Part shown: piece after piece, positions 17,953 to 25,600 of the stretch
Numbering within the stretch: the stretch's first letter is position 1
Layout: every line of letters begins with the position of its first letter
Source: Candidatus Binatia bacterium
Lineage (GTDB): Archaea > Nanobdellota > Nanobdellia > Woesearchaeales > ARS49
Length of the DNA stretch: 37,312 nt
NCBI GenBank assembly: GCA_035476335.1
Contig: DATILO010000105.1
Coordinates: forward strand, 1 to 37,312
Direction of reading: 5' to 3'
The notes under the pieces: model-generated
Database searches by the model: none
The model's input: only the letters and a program-made list of their open reading frames with translations
Told to the model about the DNA's origin: nothing
Position numbers and translations under genes: made by a program

Positions 17953-19771
17953 CCCCTTCGGCAAATACCGGCTCGAGCGCGAGCTCGGCAAAGGCGCAAC
18001 GAAGACCGTCTGGGAAGCGTTTGACACCGTCCAGGAACGCAAGGTCGCGCTCAAGGTCTACGCTCCTGAAAACCTCCAAACCTCACCCAATGCCCTGTTC
18101 TATCCTCCCGATATGCAGTCCATTGAGCATGGCGAAGCAGTGGCGCAAACGCGGGCAGGACATCATCCCCACATCGCCACCATCTACGATGCAGGCCAGC
18201 GCGACGGATGGTTCTTCATCGTCGAGGAACTCATCGAAGGCAGGACGCTCGCGGACGTCGTCGCGGGACTCCCTCAACGTCGATTGCGCGCGTACGCGCG
18301 GGACATCTGCAGCGGGCTGCGGCATCTCCACCGGCGAGGCATCGTGCACGGCGACCTCAAGCTCGAAAACATCATCGTCGATGCTGCCGGTGCGCACATC
18401 ACGGATTTCGGCGCGGCCATGCTTCCCGCACGCCCGCCTGCAAGCCAAGGTTCCCTGCGCTATCGCGCACCAGAAATCATTGCAGGACAGAAGCTGACGC
18501 CTGCGAGCGATATGTGGCAGCTCGGCGTGCTCCTCTACCGCGCGGTCGCGGGAGCATTCCCCTTCAACACATCCGTCAGCGACTGGAGCGGTGCAACACC
18601 TGAACAGTTGCGGCACTATCGAGAAGAGCTCAAGCACGCCATCATGAACCAGCCGTTCACGCCGCTCAAAGGCGGCAACACGAACCTACGCGACGTCATC
18701 CACTCCTGCCTCCAGCAAGACCCGTCTCGACGCATGACGCCGCAGCAGGCCGCCTTGCGCCTCGGTCCCTTCGGCTGGTGGAAAGAACTGGCAATCGCAA
18801 GTGCGCTGAGCGTCGTTCTGGTGCCCGGCGTCTGGCTCGGGATGCGCCAGTATGCAGAAAAGACCGCCGACCCCGCGGACATCATCTTTACCGCATCGGA
18901 GCACGGTGCCGCATCACTCTACCGCGCAAACGCGAGCCTGCGCCCGGCAGAATCGCTCTCGGAAGGAGCATCCTTCGGGCTTACCGCGCACCCCTCGGGC
19001 AACGCATTCAGCTACGTCCGTGCATCCGTATCGGAACAGCAGCTACGGTTCCACACCGCTACGGACGAACGCGTGCTCTACACGGCAAAGCGCATCACGC
19101 AGCAGGCATGGTCTCCTGACGGCACCAAGCTTGCGGCGCTCGTGGAGACGGCAGACGATTACCTGCTCGTCATTCTCGGCAAGGATGGAACGCTCCTCAG
19201 CCAAGAGCGGGGACGCTATGAAAAAGACCTTGCCTGGCATCCGAGCGGCACCTATCTGACGGCACTTGCGAATAACGCGCTCTTTTGCCTCCAGCCCGGC
19301 CATTCACGCCGGGCAACCGAGTACCCTTCCGATATTATGACGTGCGCGTGGACGAGCCGCGGGCTCCTCGCCTATCGCCCTGACCCGGAACGCCCGCCCG
19401 GATTCATCGTGCGGTACGTGGGAAAGCAAGACGCCCCCGACAGGCACGAGCTCACGCTTATCTGGAACGAAACGTGGGGCAAGGCAAAGAAAATCGGCGA
19501 GCTGCGCGACAAGAGCGGCTACTGGTTCCTCAACGATGAACGGCTCACGGTCGAGCGCTGGGCAGACGCGCTCAATGCAACAATCATCAATGTTCCTGGA
19601 ACGGCGCTTGCGGCAGCGGAGGGGAAAAATGCAGAGGACTGGTTCATTGTTGCAAAACGCGACGGGCTTCCGGAATTATTGCACGCGCAGGTTGCGGGCG
19701 AACGGGTGCGCTGGACGCCGTATCTCGGAGCACGCGCGTTGGAAGAACTCATTTACCTCTCCAAACGCTAA
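17930..19771 (+). CDS. receptor-type Hanks Ser/Thr protein kinase: cytoplasmic kinase domain, one TM helix, TolB/WD40-like ectodomain
   Basis: Kinase motifs GKGATKTV, VALK, HGDLKLENIIVD, DFG and RYRAPE. TM helix LAIASALSVVLVPGVWLGM. The C-terminal half has repeated WSPDGTKLA / WHPSGTYLTA propeller-like motifs. Confidence 0.8.
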   Translation: MCTMDLPNPFGKYRLERELGKGATKTVWEAFDTVQERKVALKVYAPENLQTSPNALFYPPDMQSIEHGEAVAQTRAGHHPHIATIYDAGQRDGWFFIVEELIEGRTLADVVAGLPQRRLRAYARDICSGLRHLHRRGIVHGDLKLENIIVDAAGAHITDFGAAMLPARPPASQGSLRYRAPEIIAGQKLTPASDMWQLGVLLYRAVAGAFPFNTSVSDWSGATPEQLRHYREELKHAIMNQPFTPLKGGNTNLRDVIHSCLQQDPSRRMTPQQAALRLGPFGWWKELAIASALSVVLVPGVWLGMRQYAEKTADPADIIFTASEHGAASLYRANASLRPAESLSEGASFGLTAHPSGNAFSYVRASVSEQQLRFHTATDERVLYTAKRITQQAWSPDGTKLAALVETADDYLLVILGKDGTLLSQERGRYEKDLAWHPSGTYLTALANNALFCLQPGHSRRATEYPSDIMTCAWTSRGLLAYRPDPERPPGFIVRYVGKQDAPDRHELTLIWNETWGKAKKIGELRDKSGYWFLNDERLTVERWADALNATIINVPGTALAAAEGKNAEDWFIVAKRDGLPELLHAQVAGERVRWTPYLGARALEELIYLSKR

Positions 19772-20451
19772 CTGCACAGCTGCAGCGTCACCTGCAACGG
19801 CAACCCTGCAGTCGGCACAGGATTAGTTGACGCCTCAATCTCTCCGGAACAGTCCCCGCTCTCGAAATGGATGTCCTTGACCTTATCGGTTCCTGTGACC
19901 GAGAACGTGTAACTGCGCTTCCACGCACCCAGCGTTCCCGTGAGCATCTGCTCGAACGCATCGTGCACCGTTTCGCACGACGTTCTCCCGCCGCAATCAA
20001 TGCGCGAGAAAATCGCACAGTCCTGGAGGAGTTCAGTGACCGTTGCGTCGCGACAAGCCGAAGTGGTGCCAAGCATCGCAGTCACCATGCTCGAAGCGAG
20101 CTGCGACTCCTTGAACTGCCGCTCCGTCTGGGATGCGGGCGCGCGGAGCACGAAGAGAATCGCGAAGAGCACGCCGAGCATGATGAGCACGACGATGATG
20201 GCGAGTCCGAGGATTTCCATTTGTGCTCTTTTCTTCGGGGAGAGCGCCGCCTGTTGGCCAGCGAACGGAAGGCCGGGCGAAAGCTCCGGTGTTGATCGAC
20301 GCGTACGAACGACAAAACTGCCGGGGAACGGAGGAGCAGGGGACGCGGCGACCCTTGGCCGCAGCCAAGCTCCGAGCACCGAAGGTGCGAGGTTGGTGAG
20401 CGAGGCGCTCTCCCGGCGCGGCGAACGCGCGAACGTCCGAGCGTTACGCAA
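19768..20451 (-). CDS. type IV pilin-like protein A (class III signal motif KKRAQ then MEILGLAIIVVLIML)
   Basis: This is the last gene of the surface operon. The ORF opens at TTG 20451, overlapping the stop of gene B. The only in-frame ATG is at 20220, just after the KKRAQ motif, and an in-frame GTG lies at codon 25. Codons 13-71 are occupied by repeat copy 1, so the start is uncertain. Confidence 0.5.
   Translation of the reverse strand: MRNARTFARSPRRESASLTNLAPSVLGAWLRPRVAASPAPPFPGSFVVRTRRSTPELSPGLPFAGQQAALSPKKRAQMEILGLAIIVVLIMLGVLFAILFVLRAPASQTERQFKESQLASSMVTAMLGTTSACRDATVTELLQDCAIFSRIDCGGRTSCETVHDAFEQMLTGTLGAWKRSYTFSVTGTDKVKDIHFESGDCSGEIEASTNPVPTAGLPLQVTLQLCS
20238..20414 (-). repeat. structured repeat, copy 1 (177 nt)
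   Basis: Terminal helix GGGAGAGCGCC (20238-20248) / GGCGCTCTCCC (20404-20414). The core at 20296-20351 is 56/56 identical to the reverse complement of 22503-22558. Internal hairpins CTTGGC-CGCA-GCCAAG and GCACC-GAA-GGTGC. Confidence 0.75.
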
Positions 20452-20920
20452 AGACCGTCACCTCGAGATAGCCAAAAGCGTAGTGATTCGTTTCCGGCAG
20501 ATAGAGCAGCACGGGAATCTGCGCAACGCGTGACTCCTGCCGGTTCGGGTCTTCCTTGTCATAGATGACCACCTCATCGGCATCAGGGTATATCTTGTGC
20601 ACGGATACCTTTGCATACTCAAACGTCTTGAAGTAATCCACTTGCACATTCTCGTTCGTGAGCAGTTCCGCGAACTTTCTTGCCTTGAGTTCATCGACGC
20701 AGTTCTCTCGCTGGACGCCGATGCGCGAGCACTCAAGTTCGGGCAGCGTGAGCGATTTCTGCGCAATCTGAATGACCTTGAGCTGCGCATTCTCCTCCAT
20801 CTGGCGCTTCACCGAGGACTCCTGAAGCTTGAAGTAGAAGCTCGCGCCGAAGATGAGGAAAAAGAAAAATACTACGAGTACCGCGAGCGATTCAAACATC
20901 TTGACTTGTGCGCGTTTCAT
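20444..20920 (-). CDS. type IV pilin-like protein B (MKRAQ then VKMFESLAVLVVFFFF)
   Basis: The ATG at 20920 overlaps the stop of gene C (ATGA). A class III-like N-terminus is followed by a roughly 125-aa extracellular part with 2 Cys. Confidence 0.6.
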   Translation of the reverse strand: MKRAQVKMFESLAVLVVFFFFLIFGASFYFKLQESSVKRQMEENAQLKVIQIAQKSLTLPELECSRIGVQRENCVDELKARKFAELLTNENVQVDYFKTFEYAKVSVHKIYPDADEVVIYDKEDPNRQESRVAQIPVLLYLPETNHYAFGYLEVTVFA

Positions 20921-21951
20921 CAGTAAATCGTCGGGCAGCTCTGCCTGAGGAGTGCCTCGTTTTCTCCTGCGATGGATTGTGCGGCAACCGTAAGCGAGCC
21001 CAAGTCCGCGAGCGCGTCGACCTGTGCGGCCGCGCCTGAGCGCAGGACTTCCAGGTTCGTCGTGCTGTAGCCGCACCGGAGCAAATCGCCGTTGGCCTGA
21101 AGCACAATCGCGCGGTTCTCCATCACCTGCGCGACGTAGGACAGGCGCTTCACGGCCTCCTGCATGTTGCAGCGGTACATATTGTCATCATAGGCAAAAA
21201 TGGTGGCGAACAGCCCCGCATCGCCGATGTAGCTCAGCGCGCCCGACTGCTCACAGTCGCCGGTGCGCTGCGGATAGCACTTGAAGAACGTCGCCTGGCT
21301 GCCGGACAGGTGCACGCCGGTGATGTCCGTGTCCTTGAACGACTCGTGGAACGTCGTGACGCTCGGCGTTGTTTCGAGGAAGACAAACTTCACCTGCTGG
21401 TAGTTCTCGTTCTTCACGCAACCCGCATCGGAACTGCAAATTTGGGAGGGCTCGATGAACTCCGCGTTGATTTTGTCGGGAAGCTCCTGCTGCAGTTGCG
21501 CCTTGAGTTGGAGCGACGGCGTGCTGGAGTCAGAGACAAAAAAATACTTGATGCGGTCGTTGGTGACGTACAGGAAGTTTCCCGCACGGAAGGGCACGTT
21601 CCACGGCAGCGTCCAGAACACGATGTCCTTGCCCTCAATGTGATTCGGGGAAAAGATGATTTTGTCGCGATAGTCGCGGCTCAGCGAGCCGACCCGAAAC
21701 GCGCATGCGCATTCATCGCTGCACCCGAAGTCGATGCCCGTGCGCGGCAAATCAATGCGTTGTGCGCTTCCTTTGGACGATGCCGCACCCGTCGTGATGG
21801 CATCCAGCTCGTTGATGAGCGCGAGGGAAAGCTTCTCCTCGCTGACACTCCGCTGCTTTTGGATAATGCTGAAGAAGAACGCGAGTATCACCGCGCCCGC
21901 GATGATGATGAAAATCCAGTTGAACTGGACTTCAAGCATGCCGCGCTTCAT
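20920..21951 (-). CDS. type IV pilin-like protein C (MKRG then MLEVQFNWIFIIIAGAVILAFFF)
   Basis: The ATG at 21951 overlaps the stop of gene D (ATGA), with an alternative ATG at 21963. The extracellular domain is about 310 aa and Cys-containing. Confidence 0.6.
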   Translation of the reverse strand: MKRGMLEVQFNWIFIIIAGAVILAFFFSIIQKQRSVSEEKLSLALINELDAITTGAASSKGSAQRIDLPRTGIDFGCSDECACAFRVGSLSRDYRDKIIFSPNHIEGKDIVFWTLPWNVPFRAGNFLYVTNDRIKYFFVSDSSTPSLQLKAQLQQELPDKINAEFIEPSQICSSDAGCVKNENYQQVKFVFLETTPSVTTFHESFKDTDITGVHLSGSQATFFKCYPQRTGDCEQSGALSYIGDAGLFATIFAYDDNMYRCNMQEAVKRLSYVAQVMENRAIVLQANGDLLRCGYSTTNLEVLRSGAAAQVDALADLGSLTVAAQSIAGENEALLRQSCPTIY

Positions 21952-22616
21952 TGCGCGAGCCATGGACTCACCAACGCCCGGTCGCCTTTGCCTTCGAGGC
22001 GGAGCGTGACCTTTCCTTCGAGAATCTTCGTACAGAACGCACCGTTCGCGGCCTCGACGTGGTCAAGAAGAATCGGCGTCTCGGCAAGCGGGATGAGGAA
22101 GACGTTCTGCGCATTGCCCTGCGCCGACTCGAAAACGAGCGGATGTTCGGTTTGGAACGTACCGAGGGCGGGATTATCCTTGCGACAGTCGGCCGCCTTC
22201 GCGTCCATGCCTGGACTGCAGAGCACGCAGAGTTCCTGGTAGCGCGTGGGGAGCGTCAGGTCAAGCTTCTTGACGCTTCCATAGTCGAGACTCACCCCTT
22301 TCACGGCATTGCGGAATTCGGTCTCGAAATTGACGAACGCGACTTGCTCGGAGCGCTGCGTGAATTGGCTGATGGCTTTGTAGCCGTAAAGCAGGATGAG
22401 GATGAAAATCGCGGCTGCGAGAATTAAGATGAATACCTGGCCGATGATTTGGGCACGTTTCTGGAGAGCACGCGACTCGCTGAAGGCTGCCCCGCGCCCG
22501 TCTCGCCGCGTCCCCTGCTCCTCCGTTCCCCGGCAGTTTTGTCGTTCGTACGCGTCGACCTTATGCGGGACCATCTCCGGCCTTGACGTGCGCTCTTCAT
22601 GGCAGCCATCAGCCAT
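21948..22616 (-). CDS. type IV pilin-like protein D (QKRAQ then IIGQVFILILAAAIFILILLYGY) with a 52-aa pre-motif leader
   Basis: The ATG at 22616 overlaps the stop of the giant gene (TAATG). No ATG/GTG/TTG exists between the repeat and the KRAQ motif, so the leader, largely encoded by repeat copy 2, must be translated if the motif is used. Confidence 0.55.
   Translation of the reverse strand: MADGCHEERTSRPEMVPHKVDAYERQNCRGTEEQGTRRDGRGAAFSESRALQKRAQIIGQVFILILAAAIFILILLYGYKAISQFTQRSEQVAFVNFETEFRNAVKGVSLDYGSVKKLDLTLPTRYQELCVLCSPGMDAKAADCRKDNPALGTFQTEHPLVFESAQGNAQNVFLIPLAETPILLDHVEAANGAFCTKILEGKVTLRLEGKGDRALVSPWLAQ
22462..22599 (+). repeat. structured repeat, copy 2 (138 nt), inverted relative to copy 1
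   Basis: Terminal helix TGGAGAGC (22462-22469) / GCTCTTCA (22592-22599), which includes one G-T pair. Identical core at 22503-22558. Confidence 0.75.
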
Positions 22617-25600
22617 TATCTCCTCCTCTTCCGCTTTTCCCCACGCACGAACGCTTCGAGCTCCGCTTCCAGCTCTGCCTTGTGCGTTGCGTAGTACGCT
22701 GCGGTGATGCGGAGCTTGCGGAAGAGCTCTTCCATCTCCTCCTTCGTGAGCTTGCCTCTTCTGAGGAGCCGGAGCTTGAGGAGCAATTCCTTGCGCTCCT
22801 TTGGTGAGAGTCCTGCGAGCGCGAGTTCGCGGAGCCGGTCGAGCGGGGTTTCCTCGCGCTCGAGCTGCTTGAGGAGCTTCGGGTGCTCGCGTTCCGCGAG
22901 TTCGCCCTTGATGAACGCATCGAGCTTGCCGAACGTCTTTGCGCTCACGTCTTCGGGACCGAGCTTCTTGAGGTCCGCGACCGAGAGCCAGTCCTCAAGA
23001 TGAGGTGTTTCTGGCTGCTTCTTCTCAGGTGCCGGAGGTAAGGGCGGCGCTTCAGGCGCAAGGAACGGAATGCTCTTGCGGAACTGCCGCAGGCGGCGCT
23101 TCACTTCCTCGGGTTTCTTGCGATAGTAGAGATAGCCGAGCACGATAAGCAGCAGGAGCAACAGGAGGAGCAGCCACCAGAGCCATCCGAGACCGCTGCC
23201 GTCGGAAACCAAGGGGTTCTTGCCCAGGCGGAATTCTTCGAGATTCGTCAAGCCATCGCCGTCGGGGTCTGCATCGGCTGCGGCATCGCCCTCGCAGATG
23301 ACATCGCCGAAGAAGAGGATTCTCCACGAGTCCGGAATCTCGTCGCCGCACGAGTGGCGCTGGCTTGCGCTGCAGCCGTACTCGTCAACGACTTCTCCGG
23401 ATGGCGTTCCGGGACACTTGTCAAGCGCGTCAGGCACGCCGTCGCCGTCCTCATCGGCAATGGCTGCGCAGACGCCGTTCACGCACGAGGTGCCGTTGAT
23501 GCAGTCCGCGCTGACCGTGCAGCTCTGTCCGACACCGCACTTTTGGGAACAGGCGCCGCCGCAGTCAATGTCGCTCTCGAGACCGTCAAGCTTGCCGTTC
23601 TTGCACGGATTGTCCGAGCAGATGCCCGCATCACAGTAGTTGCTCATGCAGTCTTCATTGATCGCGCACGTCTTGTTATTCGCGCATTGCGGACACTGGT
23701 TGCCGCCGCAGTCAATGTCGGTCTCGTTGCCGCCGTTGATTTTGTCCGTGCAGAGCGAGGGCTGGCAAATCTTGCTTGCGTTGCAGATGCGCGACATGCA
23801 ATCTGAGTTGATGGCGCACTTCTTGTAATCGGCGCACTGGGGGCAGATTGCGCCGCAGTCGACATCGGTCTCATTACCCACGTCAAAGAGCTGGTTGAGG
23901 CATTGCGGCGGAATCTTGCTGAAATCGATGATGACGCCGTCGCTCGGGAGCTCGGTGCTCAGGAGCGATGCCTTGTTTTCGGCCTTGACGCGGAAGTAGT
24001 AGCTCGTGCCGTTCGTGAGATTCAATCCCGTGACCCACCAGGGCAGTCCGTCGAGAATGACGCTCGGCGTCCAGTTCTTGAGCACGACACTGGTCGCCTT
24101 TTCCTGGACAAGATAGTGATAGCGCGAGACATTGCTCTCATTGTCCGTGCCGTTCATCGCGATGCGGAGCTGATTCTTGAAGTACGAGTACTGCGGCCAC
24201 TCAGGGTTGTTGCTCGTGTCGTCTGCATAGAGCATGTCCGGCGGAGTCGTATCAACGTAGAACGTGACATTGATAGTCTTCTGCTCGATGCCTGCTGCGG
24301 ACGTGCCCGAACCGGTCGCGCACGTGACCGGGATGGAGTACGGTCCGGGTCCCGGGACCGTGATGAGCGTCGTGTGCGCCATCGCAGCCGTATCCGTGCT
24401 GCCGATGGGCAGGAGCGCGCCGTCCTGCTCATAATAGCAGAACGTGTCCTTGTTCGTTTCGACACCGAGAGGAACGGTGACATTGCCGACAAACGGCGGG
24501 ACAATGCTCTTGACGGTGAGGCTCAAGTTGAGGTTCACGCTGAACGTCACGGAAGCACTTGCGGGACCCAGCCCTGCGAGATTCTTGCAGGCAATCTTAT
24601 AGGTGTAGGACGCGGGCGCGGGAACCGTCACGTTGACCGCGTGGCCCTGCAGGCCGAGAATGCCGAACATCGGGAATACGCCTTCCATGAGGTCATAGTT
24701 GTTCGTAGTGTTGCTGTACTTACAGAAGGTGAGGTCATCCGTCTGCACTTTCAGCGTCGTCTGCAGCGGCATCTGGACAATCGGGTTGGGAATCGCGAAG
24801 GCCGTGACAATCTTGGGCGGGCTCGTGTCCACGGTAAGATAGAATGTGCTGCTTCCCGTGCCCGTGACCGGGTCGACGCAGCGCACATACACTTTATAGG
24901 GTGTGTTCTCCTTGGTGATTTCGTTAAACACGTTCTTCAGATGCACGAAGTCATTCGTGCTGTCAAAGGGCTGGAGCGCGGTGAACAAGCCGGGCGGCGG
25001 AACGGTCTGGCTGCTCCAGTAACGGCATTCCGCGACGCTGTCTGTCTCGACCGCGAACGGGAACGAGAACGTGCTGCTCACTCCGTACGGCGGGAGCTTG
25101 AGCGTGACGATGGGAGGGGCTGCGTTCACGACGAAGAGACTGCTGTTCGTCGCAGGCGAGAGCGGGTTACCTGCGTAGTCGGTGACGATGGGGCGGATGA
25201 TTTTCTTGCCCTCCGTCAGCGTGAGCGTCGCGGTGTACGTGCGATTGTCGTTGCCCTTTGCAAAGAGCCCGGTAATATCATGAATTTCCGGCACGCTGAT
25301 GGGTCCCGCGCTCGTGTTATAGATGACGTATTCAATGAGGGTGAAGTTCTGGACAATCACCGGCTCGCTGAAGTTGACCTTGAGTGTGGTCGAGCCCGTG
25401 CTCAGCACCGCGCTGTCGGTCGGCGTGTAGTTTGCAATCGGCGGCGTCGTGTCAACGACGGCAGGTACGCTCACCGGGGCGTCCATGTAGACGTTGTTCG
25501 TGTCACGTGCATTGGCGGAGAAAATATACTTCCCTTCGGCAAGCGATGTTCCCGACGGCACGGTGAGCGTGTACGCACCATTGAATCCTGACGCGGGCGA

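Noticed and set aside
20296-22558. Invertible promoter/coding switch (shufflon-like) bounded by the 56-nt inverted repeats
   Set aside because: Flipping the segment would place genes B, C and D antisense to the operon and would not fuse alternative coding ends in frame. No recombinase gene lies in the window. The idea is kept only as something to test with reads, not as a call.
23135-23185. CAG/GAG-rich microsatellite-like run (agcagcaggagcaacaggaggagcagcc)
   Set aside because: It is the reverse complement of the poly-Leu codons of the TM helix of the giant protein. It reflects coding constraint rather than a DNA-level repeat feature.
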